The notes beneath the pieces are model-generated. The model did no database searches. It was not told where the DNA came from and saw only the letters and a list, made by a program, of their open reading frames with translations. From NCBI RefSeq assembly GCF_009914755.1, contig NC_060941.1: DNA of 64,000 nt; one strand, 5' to 3'. Position numbers and translations under genes: made by a program. Positions 1 to 21,947 of the stretch are shown in pieces. The number at the start of each line of letters is the position of its first letter. The stretch's first letter is position 1. Origin of the DNA: the human T2T-CHM13v2.0 reference genome, Homo sapiens.

Positions 1-498
1 AGAAAATCCTATCACTGATTTAATTTTTTTTTTTGTAAACTGAGAGGATCACGCTGTCAGAATTGTCACGGCAGGTTCGACAGCAGAGTTCCTGGGAAGC
101 GGGGTCTAAGAAGCCACCGCAGATGCCAGTGGTCTTGCTACCCATCAGGAAGTATGTTCCTTGGGGAGACCGAGCGACATCACAGCCTTTTATGATTTCA
201 GGGGCTTTAGGTGGAGGCAGGCCCACCTGCCCCTTTCCTTCTGAGGCTGGGTGGGGCACTGGCGAACCTGAGCAGCGTCTGGGATGGGGGTTCCCACTGG
301 GGCCATCTCCTCCACTCTGTCTGGGCTGGCGGGACCAGGCCATCTCCCGCTTCCTTCAGCACCTGCAGAGCTGAGGGCCTTGTACCCTGTGGCCTCCCAC
401 ATGAGACTCTCGGGTGGGACAGGGGACAGCTGCAGGGGCCTGTCTTCCCAGTGGCCGACCTGTCTCAAGAGGCCAAGCCTCCTGCAGGCCCCACTTAC

Positions 499-598
499 CT
501 GACAGACTGCCGGCGGGACTGCCGGCCCTCAGAGGAGACCACAGTGGGCTGATAGGCTCCAAAGGTGAAGTCCTCGTCACCCCACATATCTTCACTGT
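499..598 (-). CDS. FBF1: FBF1 exon (100 nt; SEDMWGDEDFTFGAYQPTVVSSEGRQSRRQSV); the gene continues beyond the left edge
   Basis: cacag|AC ... CAG|gtaagt. Confidence 0.93.
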
Positions 599-1181
599 CT
601 GTGAATTAAGGAGCCTGTGACCGTGATCTGGAGTAGGGGAACCAAGCTCATTTGCGGCTGCAAAATTCTAACAAAAGCTGAATTTGGTAGCTTGTTGTGT
701 AAGACAAGCAGAGGGAAGCTGCTGTGAAGGGAGCACCTCAGGCACTGGCCAGGAAGATGCAGTGGCCTTGCAGTAGCCAGACCCTGCCCCAGGATCCCTC
801 GAGGTCAGGTCCAGCGAGCGGCATGTGTCACAAGAATGATTCTCAGCAGACAGCTTGTGGGCTGATGCTTTGAGAAACATGTCCAGAGCAGTGCTTTTCA
901 AATGCGAGCTGCTACCCATGAGAGGGCTGAGAAACCAGCTTAATGTGTCACAGCCAGTGTGTTTCCAAATCAAACAGCATCTCAATCATAGACAACTGAG
1001 CACGAACAGTGGTCACGGTAAGTATTATTTCACGGTAAGTATTATTTTGTCTCAGCTATAGACGTGTATAATCACATGTGTGTATCAGGATGTGAGGCTG
1101 ATTTCTCATTATAGGTTGTGATGAAAGCCTGATCTAGAGGCCTCCCTCCCGTCCTGTTGCGGCCCCCGCAAGCCTCCTTAC

Positions 1182-1315
1182 CCTGTGGCCTCTGGTACTT
1201 CTTGTCTAGCTTGAACTCCCTGTGCTCCCCGGTGCCCGGGCGGGCCAGGAGTTTGGTGGCCATGCCTCGACCCAGCAGCTCATCCAGCGTGGAGCGAGCA
1301 GGGCGAGGCCCTTCC
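1182..1315 (-). CDS. FBF1: FBF1 exon (134 nt; EGPRPARSTLDELLGRGMATKLL...YQRPQ)
   Basis: tgcag|GG ... AGG|gtaagg; visible inside ORF 1072..1374. Confidence 0.94.
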
Positions 1316-1439
1316 CTGCAGGACGGGACACACGGCAGGAACGTGTAGGTATGAGGGGCTCTCGGGAATCCCACAGTACCCGTCCACCAGCTTTTCCCTG
1401 AACCTGAGGCAGCAGCCTGGCCTACTCAGGGATCCTTAC

Positions 1440-1578
1440 TGGTCTCCTATCTGCCTCTTCTCTGCTTTGGGGCTGTCTCCAAACCCCAAGGTGGCCATGA
1501 TGTCATCCCCATCATCAAACAACAATTCTTCTTTTTTTCGGATGGGGGTGTCCCCAGGAGTTAGAGGAATAGAGGGAC
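1440..1578 (-). CDS. FBF1: FBF1 exon (139 nt; PSIPLTPGDTPIRKKEELLFDD...IGD)
   Basis: ttcag|GT ... CCA|gtaagg. Confidence 0.93.
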
Positions 1579-1909
1579 CTGAAAGACAAAACAAGGCCCA
1601 ATGCCTGCAGCCTTCTTGCCCTCAACTGTGATATCTGAATGGGGTTGGGGGTGGTTTCTCTGCACCTTTGGGTAGGACGACAGGCTTTAGACCTGCCTGG
1701 TCTGTCCACGGGACCCAATTCCTCCAGCCTACTCCCAGACTCACACGTCCTACCTTCCTATTCCTAAAGGCTGATGATCTCTTTGTACTGGACCTTAGAC
1801 CTCTGGTCCCCACCTGGGAGAGGCCTCTGGTTCTGCACCAGAAAGGCTGGTTAGCTTGTTGCCAATAAACTCTTCCTCCAGGATGGGAAATGAGCCCACT
1901 CCACCCTAC

Positions 1910-2029
1910 CTTGATCTCTCACTGTGCTGGGGCTCTTGTCAGAAGCTGTTTTACTCTGTGTCACAGGCGGCTGCTTGGTGATTCCTCCTTCATCATAGGA
2001 GAGAAGTCCTCTCAATGGGTCTTCCAAGT
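1910..2029 (-). CDS. FBF1: FBF1 exon (120 nt; LEDPLRGLLSYDEGG...TVRDQ)
   Basis: Rare gag| acceptor; donor AAG|gtaggg; frame is consistent. Confidence 0.9.
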
Positions 2030-2606
2030 CTCACAGCAGAAGGGAAAGCACAGGTCAGACTGCAGCACTTAGTTGAGGAAAAGCAAGCCTGAACTGGGGA
2101 GCAGCGCTCGAGTCAAGGCTTCTAGCTGCTCCAGTACATAAACAAGCCCCCTGGCATCTGGAGGGTGGGGCCTGGGGCAACGGGGACTCCACAAAAAGAC
2201 AGGCCGGGCAAGGAGAGAGGGAGTTGGAGGGCGGCCCTGGACCTACGGGGCCTGCCTCAGGCTTGCCGGTGGGGCCTCTGACTCTGCAGGCTGCATGGCC
2301 TTCTGGAAATGTCCCTCAAGCATCAGAAGAGAAGTAAAATATCCACACATTCATGACGGGAAAGGGGCTCCTTCCTATACTTGGGAAGATCTTCAGTTTG
2401 ATGCCTGGCTTTAAGGTCTTTGCAAATAAGTTCCCTAATATCTCAGCCAATACAATATAGCTGGTCCCGACATGAATTCACGAGGAAGTAAACCAGTGGC
2501 ACCCATGTGACATAGGCAGCAGCTGGGCCTCGGGCCAGCAAGCATGCCTAGGCTGCTCCACTCCCAAACCAGAGTGTCCCAGAGGCATGACAGGAGCCTA
2601 TGGTAC

Positions 2607-2684
2607 CTTCAGAGGAAAACCTCCTGTTCTGATGCCCAGAGCTGCTGGGAGACGGAAGTGACTTCTTGGTGGGAATGGCACCCC
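2607..2684 (-). CDS. FBF1: FBF1 exon (78 nt; GAIPTKKSLPSPSSSGHQNRRFSSE)
   Basis: ctgcag|GG ... AAG|gtacca. Confidence 0.92.
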
Positions 2685-3227
2685 CTGCAGGAAGCAGAAG
2701 ACAAGGTCATGGGCCTGAGTCTCTCCTGGCCAAAGTCCTCCTCCCATATCATGGACTGGGGCCCCTGGGATGGGGTGCACTTCTTCCTGGGAAGCTGGGG
2801 GCTCATGGCCATGGGCACAGCCAAGGGAGGAGTCTCCAGTTCTGCCATGGGCTTCTGGCAGGGAAACGAGGTAGGAGCTACCTCTGCTTCCTCATCATGA
2901 GTCACTCCAGAGACATGGGTTCAGGAGAGGCACAGGCTGCCATAGAGTTCTCCATTTTAACTCACACAGCTTCTCCAGGAGCTGCCCATGTTGGACCCAG
3001 AGGGCCTGGAACAGCTCGAGGAAGGGAGGAAACTCAAGCTGTCCCCTTACCCCACCACACACACTCAAACACACACACGCACAAATGCTCCTTGGCCTCT
3101 CCATCCTGTGCAGAGAAAACCCAAGGACATGAACGCTTCCTACTAGCATCTTCCACGTCCTCAAAGTCTCCCTAGCAGATGCGAGGAGCCGTCTCCCATG
3201 CACCTTTCTCACTGGCTACTGACCCAC

Positions 3228-3345
3228 CTGCAGGCTTGGGGTGGTTGGGCAGCTCTCCTTTCCCAGGGTCCTTTGCAGCTTTTTTGCTAGGGGCTGAATT
3301 AGATTTCTTCAGACCTAAGATATCAGCATCCATGCCGTCCAGGTC
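3228..3345 (-). CDS. FBF1: FBF1 exon (118 nt; DLDGMDADILGLKKSNS...PKPA)
   Basis: tctag|GA ... CAG|gtgggt. Confidence 0.93.
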
Positions 3346-3707
3346 CTAGAAAACCAGGGAGGGAGGGCAGAGGACTATGTCTGATAAGGGGCTGAGGACT
3401 TCCACCTGAGAGAGATGGGCTGTTGGCACCCCAGGTGTAGAATTGTGAGAAAACAAAGGAAAATGAGAAAACTGTTGAGAAAAACAGTGAGTGAAGAAAG
3501 AAAATGGAACTAAAGGTAAGCAGGGGGAGGTGGAATGGAGTCCAGCTCATGGTTCTGGGATGAGAGACTCAAAGTCAGCACCAAAAATTGAGTCAGAGGA
3601 CTTGTGGGTTATGCCCAGGGATCCTAGGTGGCTGGTCTCGGGAAAAAAGCTTTCTTTTTTTTCTTTTTTTAGACAGGATATTGGCCGGGCGCGGTGGCTC
3701 ATGCCTA

Positions 3708-3976
<269 letters not shown>

Positions 3977-5148
3977 TTAAAAATAAAATAAAATAAAGAC
4001 AGAGTCTCACTCTGTCACCCAGGCTGGAGTGAAGTGGTGCGATCATAGCTCATTGCAGCCTCCAACTTCTGAGCTCAAGTGATCCACCTGCCATGGCCTC
4101 CCAAAGTGCTGGCATTACAGGAGTAAGCCACCATGCCAGACTTTTTTTTTTTTTTTGAAGACAGAGTCTCACTCTGTCACCACCCAGGCTGTAGTGCAGT
4201 GGTGTGATCATAGCTCATTGCAGCCTCCAACTCCTAGGCTCAAGCGAGCCTACTGCCTCGGCCTCCCAAAGTTCTGGGATTACAGGTGCCTGGCCTTTGA
4301 GGAGAAAGATTTCAAGATGAGATTAAAGAAGCTGAATCTGGACCGGGTGTGGTGCCTCATGCCTGTAATTACAGTATTTTGGGAGGCCAAGGTAAGAGAA
4401 TCGCTTAAGGCCAGGAGTTTAAGGTTGCAATGAGATCACACCACTGCACTCCAGCCTGGGTGATAGAATGCGATGGTGTCTCTAAAAAAAAACCCAAAAA
4501 ACAAAAATACACAACAAAAACAAGAGCCCCACAGGGCTGTAACCAAAAACGCGGCTTTGTCCTAGGGACTGTGGCAAAATGGGTTAACTAAAAGGGACAC
4601 AAAACCCCAAGGGTCAGACAGGAAGGTGCTGCTGGCTGGAAGGAGAGGGAGAACAAGGTGTCTTAGGCCAAGCTAGAGATTATGTCCTTACAAATTATTC
4701 AGAATCTGTGCCTTAAAAATCCATTGCAAAGATTGGCGCTGGGCTTGATCTGATGAGAAGACAGCAGTATTGAAGGGGGCTTGGCAGGGGATGTGGAGAG
4801 AAATATGGAGAAAGATTAAGAACAAGCATTAGAGGAAAGAGTCTCCCCCTCTGTCTTCTAGGTGGAGGTGAGGGGACCCAGCTAGGTGGGCCTCCGAGTA
4901 GAGCTGGCCCCGTTTCCCCAGAGGCCTGTGGCACTCTCCACTCTCTATATACCAGGAACACTGGTTGATACTCAGAAAGGCAAGGAGGCCAACGGCTCAC
5001 AGACGAGTTCCATGCTTGCACGAGGAAGGGCTCAGAAACACAGGTTGTAAAGGGAGAAATTAGAAGGAGAATGAAGCTTTGGTACAAAATATCATGACCC
5101 CACCCCACCCACCCCCAGTTCTAAGAATCGTGCAAGCTGTTTCCTTAC

Positions 5149-5199
5149 CTTCATGGCCTGGAGCAGAGCCTGTGGGTCTGCCTCTGAGATACCTGAAAC
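5149..5199 (-). CDS. FBF1: FBF1 exon (51 nt; VSGISEADPQALLQAMK)
   Basis: cttag|GT ... AAG|gtaagg. Confidence 0.93.
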
Positions 5200-5963
5200 C
5201 TAAGTCCACAATGAGGGTGAGGACACAGATGAGGAGGCACATTAGTCAAGGCCCAATAAAACTCAGGGTCCTGGCCCCTTGCTTCTGTTAGGGCAGACGG
5301 CGCGGCAGGAGCAGAGCTTGGCCAATGGAGCTTACACAGGAGGGTGGCTTTGTTCCCCTTGCTTGGGCTTGGCAGTTGTTTGAAGCCAAACCTGCCTGGT
5401 TTTAGAGACTCAGAGAGCACTGCCATTCCTACTCCTTCCAACCATAGAGAACTCTTCCATCCAGGACTGAAATTCTGCTACTTCCCACCCATGCCAATGG
5501 ACAGCTATGGAGTTTATAAGGGGAAAGGAGCAACATCTAAGACTCTAGCAGTTTCAGGGAGCTCTCCTTTCCACTCATCTTACTACAGGAAAGAGGATTC
5601 TGCTTTGGGTCCACTCGGCAGCCCTTGGGCATTATTTACAGTGGCTCACGCCTGTAATCCCAGCACTTTGGGAGGCCGAGGCGGGTAGATCACTTGAGGT
5701 CAGGAGTTTGAGGCCAGCCTGGCCAATGTGGTGAAACCCCGTCTCTACTAAAAATACAAAATTACCTACTAAAAATACAAAAATTATTTTCTTTGGCTGG
5801 GCACGGTGGGTCAGCCTGTAATCACAGTACTTTGAGAGGCCGATGTGGGTGGATCAAGAGGTTAGGAGTTTGAGACCAGCCTGACCAACAGGGTGAAACC
5901 CCATCTCTACTAAAAATACAAAAATCAGCCAGGCGTGGTGGTGGGTGCCTGTAATCCCAGCTA

Positions 5964-6441
<478 letters not shown>

Positions 6442-7195
6442 CTGCAAAGGGGAGGCGTCAGCCCCTACCTGCATCCCAGGGCACTGGATGACTCTAAAAA
6501 GGGGAGGAGTAGCTTAGAAAGCCCAAGGAATCTCGGATAGGTCTCTCCGGAGAACAGAGGTGCTAAAAGGAATGTCACAGGCCACCTGATGCAGTGATTT
6601 TCAACTTTGTTAGCAGTAGAACTGCTTCAAAAACAAATTGTTAAAAACCATAGGGCTGGGTGTGGGGGCTCATGCCTGTAATCCCAGCACTTTGGGAGGC
6701 CGAGGCAGGTGGATCACTTGAGGTCAGGAGTTTGGGACCAACCTGGCCAACATGGTGAAACCCCATCTCTACTAAAAATACAAAAATTAGCCAGGCGTGG
6801 TGGCGGGCACCTGTAATCCCAGCTACTCAGGAGGCTGAGGCAGGAGAATCACTTGAACCGGGAGGTGGAGGCTGCAATGAGCTGACATTGCGCCACTGCA
6901 CTCCAGCCTGGGCGACAGAGCAAGACTCTGTCTCAAAAAATAAAGTAAAAAAAAAAAAGTAAGAAAAACAACTGCTCCAGATCACAAGAGGGAGGAGGGC
7001 TCAGAAAATTCCTCCCTATCTCTCATCTGTGGGGTATTCATTCTTATCTTAGAAGAACAAACACAATTTGAAAATCACTGATCTAGGCCAATCCTTTAAT
7101 TCTGAGGATAAGAAAATGAGGGCTCAGAGAAGTTCAGAAACTGCCCAAGGTCATATCATAAGTAACAGATAGAGGATAGAAGCCAGGACTGCTGA

Positions 7196-7315
<120 letters not shown>

Positions 7316-7697
7316 TGAGATCAGGAGTTCGAGACCAGCCTGGTCAACATGGTGAAACCCCATCTCCACTAATAACAAAGTAGCCAGACGTGGTGGTGTG
7401 TGCCTGTAATCCCAACTGCGTGGGAGGCTGAGGCAGGAGAACTGCTGGAACCTGGGAGGCAGAGGTTAGAGTGAGCCGATCGCACCACTGCACTCCAGCC
7501 TGGGTGACAGAGTGAGACTCCATCTCAAAAAAAGAGAGAAAATAAAAATAAATAAATAAATAAACAAAACCAGGAGCTGAGGGAAGTGGGTGGAAATTAA
7601 CTGACATTAGAAGTGAGCACGGCCAGGTGCGAGTGACTCACACCTGTAATCCCAGCACTTTGGGAGACTGAGTGGATCGCTTCAGCCCAGGAGTTCA

Positions 7698-8240
<543 letters not shown>

Positions 8241-8809
8241 CTGGAAAAAAAGAAAAGAGAAAACGTGTCATTTAACTAAAGGTACCTGGAGTCAAGATGC
8301 AAAGGCTGGCAAGCTCCCTTCCCAAGCTGTCTCTGTATTAGGAGGAAGAAATCTGGCCAAATAGGCAGGTCCCAATGTCACCCCTTGGAAAACCTGAATG
8401 GGAGAGAGGGTGGTACATTTCCAAGGAGGAAGTCAACCCTAAATGCCAAATACCAAATGAAGAGCCCAACCCAACCCAACCCAACTCAATGCACCCCAAG
8501 GAAATGCATGAGGAACAATTGCTTTTCCACAGCCCAAAACTGTAGGCTGGAATACATGGGCTGGAATACATTAGCCAGGCGTGGTGGTGGGTGCCTGTAA
8601 TCCATCCCAGCTACTCAGTAGGCTGAGGCAGGAGAATCGCTTGAACCGGGAGACGGAGATTGCAGTGAGCTGAAATTGCGCCACTGCACTCCAGCCTGGG
8701 TGACAGGAGCTTTGTGGGTTCTCTGGGGCCATGTAGGGGAAACCTAAGTCTCTCTGTCCCTGGTGAGCTTTACATGACCATGAAGCCAGGTTCCTTAATA
8801 GACCAACAC

Positions 8810-10539
<1,730 letters not shown>

Positions 10540-10783
10540 TGAACTCCTGACCTTGTGATTGGCCCTCCTCCTCCTCCCAGAGTGCTGGGATTACAGGCGC
10601 ATATATCTCAATTTTTAAAAAAGGCCGGGTGTAGTGGCTTATGCCTGTAATCCCAGCACTTTGGTTTAGGAGGCGGGAGGATCATTTCAGTCCAGAAGCT
10701 TGGGACCAGCCTGGGCAACATAGTAAGAAAAAAAAGCAACAGCAGCAGCCCAAATTAGGGGATTCTGGGCAAGGCACACTTAC

Positions 10784-10825
10784 TATCATCCCCTAGAAGG
10801 TCACCAAGAAAATCATCAATGGAGC
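10784..10825 (-). CDS. FBF1: FBF1 42-nt symmetric cassette exon (GSIDDFLGDLLGDD)
   Basis: ttccag|GC ... ATA|gtaagt; phase 1-1, so it can be skipped in frame. Confidence 0.85.
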
Positions 10826-11166
10826 CTGGAACAGAAAAGGGACTGTCATGACTTCAGGAGGAAAGAAGAGTGGCCCTTATAAACATCAAGGCTTGAGACT
10901 CGCCAGAAGGCGTCAGACCTTTCAGATGTTGGGACTTAGGCTTAGCTCTCCTTTCATTGGCCACGAGATGTTTTACAAGTTTCTGGCAACAAGTCACAAA
11001 GCCTTGTTGAAATACCCCGAGGCAGAAATTTAAATAACTATCTCAGGCTGGGCGCAGTGGCTCACACCTGCAATCCCAGCACTTTGGGAGGCCGAGGCGG
11101 GTGGATCACCTGAAGTCAGGAGTTCGAGACCAGCCTGACCAACATGGCAAAACCCTGTCTTTACTA

Positions 11167-11888
<722 letters not shown>

Positions 11889-12317
11889 CTATATTCTACC
11901 TGCCTACCATGACACACTGGCCAAAGATCAGTCTTCCAGACCCTGAACACAGCCCAGTGCAGCTCGCTGGGAAGAGTGCCCAAGATTTCTAGGCACATGG
12001 AGGCTACTTTCAGACAAGTAGGCTCCTTGTACCCTTCCATCTAAGACCCCCCAGAACTGGTCTGGATGTCCTCATCAATGGCCACTTTCTGATGGAGGCA
12101 TGTGGGGGAACCTAAGTATGAATATCGAATTCGTTTCCCCACACCAGCTTTCCCACCCTGAATCCCAACCACATATTTCTGGATACAGAGCCCAAGGAGG
12201 AGGATTTTTTCCAAAACCTCATATCTTATTTACGTCTGAACTTCTCTGAGGACCAGTGAGGCAACATAAGGAAGACCAAGGCTGCCTACGGAATAATGGG
12301 AAGAACAGCAAGACTGA

Positions 12318-12527
<210 letters not shown>

Positions 12528-12717
12528 TAGCCAGGATGGTCTCGATCTCCTGACCTCATGATCCACCCACCTCGGCCTCCCAAAGCGCTGGGATTACAGG
12601 TGTGAGCCACCGTGCCCGGCCCAAAAACATTTAAATAAACACATCTCATTGTTCCAGGACCAAAGGGGAAAAAGATATATATTTGGCTTAAGAGTAATGT
12701 TCCATCTCTCCACTCAC

Positions 12718-12745
12718 CTTTACATCCTTTCTTGGTTTTTGGTGC
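12718..12745 (-). CDS. FBF1: FBF1 28-nt micro-exon (APKTKKGCK)
   Basis: ttttag|GC ... AAG|gtgagt; matches the FBF1 N-terminus [10 protein letters not shown]. Confidence 0.92.
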
Positions 12746-13298
12746 CTAAAATGGGAAAAACAAATCACATCAAGAAAACCAAACAGTGAACACAGGTGGA
12801 AATTGGCAATGCAGAATGAATTGCGTTGCCTTTTGCCAAGTAACCAGAGGCAAGAGCACCAATGGCATTTAGAGATGTAAGTCCTTTATGTGTTCCTATA
12901 GTTTCTGAGAACGGACTCATTCAGAGCGTGGAAACAGCCCTGCTAACCAGCGATGGGTGCCAATGGGCGGGCAGGTCACTCCTTTCCCAGACACGACATG
13001 CAAACCCTCCCAGCCGAGATGTCATGTGACCGGAAATGTCTTCTATTCCGTGCCCCTGACTCCTCAATACCAGTGACAGACACTTAAAAACGCTTCCAGC
13101 TGGACACTCAGAGTCTCAGAAGAAACCTTGGTCGTCGAAAGTTTGGTATCAATGCCACCTCCTGTCACTCTTCTCCAGGGTCTCCATCCTGGTCCTTGCC
13201 GCCCAGCCCCCAGAGTGTTGCATGCAGTCAAGATCTTTGGGGATGCAGGATGGGAGGCATGTTCGCTTTCCATGCATCTTACTCTGAACTCTGCCTAC

Positions 13299-13301
13299 CA
13301 T
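13299..13301 (-). CDS. FBF1: FBF1 start codon: the last 3 nt of an 86-nt exon (13299-13384)
   Basis: cattag|GG ... GAGATG|gtaggc; splices in frame to APKTKKGCK. Confidence 0.85.
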
Positions 13302-13511
13302 CTCACGGCTCTCGGGGGTGCTCTCAGCTCCTTCACAGCACTGGCCAGCTCATCTGGATTCTGCCCACATCAGGCTCATACTCCCTAATGAAGAAAATTA
13401 AAGTGGTTGCTTAAAAATGATGTAGCTTTGGCTGGGCGCCATGGCTCACGCCTGTTAATCCCAGCACTTTCAGAGGCCAAGGCGGGGGGATCACCTGAGG
13501 TCAGGAATTCA

Positions 13512-13793
<282 letters not shown>

Positions 13794-15086
13794 CTACCTG
13801 AGGTCAGGGGTTCGTGACCAGCTTGGCCAACATGGTAAAACCCCACCTCTACTAAAAAATACAAAAAATTAGCTGGGTGTGGTGGCAGGCACCTGTAATC
13901 CCAGCTACTTGGCAGGCTGAGGCAGGAGAATCGCTTGAACCCGCTAGACGGAGGTTGCAGTGAGCTGAGATCATGCTATGCATTCTAGCCTGGGCAACAG
14001 AGCAAGACTCCATCTCAAAAAAAAAAAAAGATGTAGGTTTAACAGCATGAATCCAAGGGTTATCAAAGTTCTCTCACTTTGCCCATTCAAGAGGTAAAGC
14101 CCATTTCCATAAATTAAAAATTCCTTATAGGGGATGCACTTCAGAAGAGGAGCAAAGTACTCTCAGGCTGGGCGCGGTGGCTCACACCTGTTATCCCAGC
14201 ACTTTGGGAGGCTGAGGTGGGCAGATCATTTGAGGTCAGGAGTTCAAGACCAGCCTGACCAACATGGTGAAACCCCATTTCTACTAAAAATACAAAAATT
14301 AGCTGGGCATGGTGGCATATGCCTGTAATCTCAGCTACTCAGGAGGCTGAGGCAGGAGACTAGGTTGAACCTAGGAGGAGAAGGTTGCAGTGAGCCGAGA
14401 TCGCCCCACTGCACTCCAGCCTGGGCAACATGCGAGACTCTGTCTCCAAAAAAAAAAAAAAAAAAAAAACGTGCTCTGGATAACTTAATGGGCTTTCTGA
14501 GGCTTTGAGATTACTTGAAAAAAGGGCAGTGGCCATCATCCCTTACCCTGAAAGCCGATGCAGCAAGTGGCAAGTACTCATTTCAGAAAGGAGGTGGGTG
14601 CCTGGCACCAAGGCTGAAACCCTTTCCCAGGCAACACCCATGACTACTTTCTAGGCAGCATTTAGCACAAAAGCAGGTATGAACTCTGGTTACTCTTTGA
14701 TATTCTTTTTCTTTTTAAAATTTTTTTTTTCGAGACGGGGTCTCACTGTGTTACTCAGGTTGGTATTGAACTCTGGGGCTCAAGCAATCCTCCTGCGTTG
14801 GTCTTCCAAAGTGCTGGGATTACAGGTGTGAGCCACCACGTCCAGCAACACGATTTTCACTGACAGTGGAAATATTTCCCTTTACATAGGCAGTAAATCT
14901 GACCCATTGAGAACATTTTCCTCGGAATTAGCTGTCTCCCTCCCCCTCCTCCACTTTACCAAAACCCACCTACAGGATGTCCTGGAAGAAAGGAGTCAGA
15001 GGGGTCCTCTTTATGTCCCAAGTATTGGCCTGTCCTGTTATTGGAATGCAAGGGTTATCTGGGCTTACCTACAGAGCCCACCCTGA

Positions 15087-15373
<287 letters not shown>

Positions 15374-15879
15374 TGAGCCACCACGCCTGGCCTTCTTTCT
15401 TTTTTTTTTTTCCAGACAGGGTCTCGCTCTGTTGCCCAGGCTGGAGTGCAGTGGCACGATCACAGCTCTCATAGCTTACTGCAGCCTCGACCTCCTTGGG
15501 CTCAGGCGATCCTCCAATGTCAGCCTCCCTAGCAGCTGGGACCACAGGCACACGCCACCATGTGCGGCAAATTTTAAAATTTTTTTTGTAGAGACGGGGG
15601 TCTCCCTATGTTGCCCAGGGTCGTCCCAGACGCCTGGCCTCAAGTGATCCTCCCGCCTTGGCCTCCCAAAGTGTCGGGATTACAGGCGTGAGCCACCGTG
15701 CCCGGCCTTGTTTCTTTTTCTCTGCAATGGCGACTTCACGACCTACAAGTCCAAATGTGTCCCATAACACATCAAGGAACTTCTGGCATCTCCTATCGAT
15801 CCTGTACGGGCTTCTCAGACTATGGGGATTTTCTAGGCTTGGTTTGCCAAGGCCAAAGGGCTACAGAGTAACCCCGTCC

Positions 15880-16490
15880 CCACATGTATTCAGCCGACTC
15901 CATGCCAGGCGTTTTACAGATCCCGAGACCACCCCTAAGCAAGACCCCTAGCCGGAGTCGCCCCTCCGTCCCGAGACTCCGCGCCCCTCAATGCGTCACC
16001 CTTCTGAGCGCCCGGCCTATCTGGCCCCGGAGCGCAGCCTGTAACGCTCTCAGCCCCGGAAGCCTCCTGTTACGCGCCGTGCCCCCGGAGGTGCGGCCGC
16101 TGGGACCAGCGCCGGCCCTGGCTCCATTCGGGTCGCCCAGCCCGGCCAGGACTGGCCTCCCGCTTCCAGCCGCTGCCGGCACCCTCAGCCGTCTGGCCTC
16201 CCGCGGAAAGGCGGGCGCGAGGCATCCTGGGAGTCGCAGTCGGCGGTCGACTCACCCGCCCTCACAGAGGAGGTGGGGACGCCATGAAGAACTACAGCTC
16301 CCAGGGAGCCGCGCGCGGCAGTTGGCGGGGCCGGGCTTCTGCCGGCGGCGGGCACGTTGCTAGGAGCTGCCCCAACGCCTCTCCGGGAAGAGGGCGCCAG
16401 GCTCAAAGGCCCTCTTGGGAACTGCCGGGAAGCTTAAAAGTTCCTCCTGCCCACTTCTGAGGGCTGACACGTGGCCGACGCGGAGGCGTG
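15880..16490 (-). promoter_or_regulatory. FBF1: FBF1 CpG-island promoter and non-coding first exon(s)
   Basis: CpG-rich; candidate donors AGG|gtgacg (exon end 16000) and CGG|gtgagt (exon end 16256); ZNF143-type ACTACAGCTCCCAG at 16291; X-box-like GTTGCTAGGAGC at 16356. Confidence 0.8.
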
Positions 16491-16659
16491 AGAAATGTGT
16501 TGATATTGGGAGGTTGACGGGTGAATCCACAAATTCACCGGTGTTTATTCCACACCCCAAAGCTTGAGGGAAGTGACTGACCTGTTTAATGATCCAATCA
16601 AAGCTGTATAGCCAGAATGAAACCCAATACTGTCGCCCCACAAAAAGATTAAGTCACAT

Positions 16660-21899
<5,240 letters not shown>

Positions 21900-21947
21900 T
21901 CAGAGCTTGGACTGCAGTGACTTCAGGTGCTTGTAAGATTCGTGGAC
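21900..21947 (-). CDS. ACOX1: ACOX1 exon 14, coding part ([15 protein letters not shown]), with PTS1 -SKL
   Basis: cacag|GT; TGA at 21902-21900; exon lengths sum to 1983 nt = 660 aa + stop. Confidence 0.98.
   Translation of the reverse strand, partial: VHESYKHLKSLQSKL

Noticed and set aside
20-3212. Overlapping plus-strand ORFs of 100-169 aa at the window start
   Set aside because: GC-rich FBF1 introns and antisense of its exons; no coherent splice structure or recognisable product
15884-16406. 159-aa and other ORFs over the FBF1 promoter
   Set aside because: GC-rich CpG-island sequence lacks stop codons by composition; no recognisable protein
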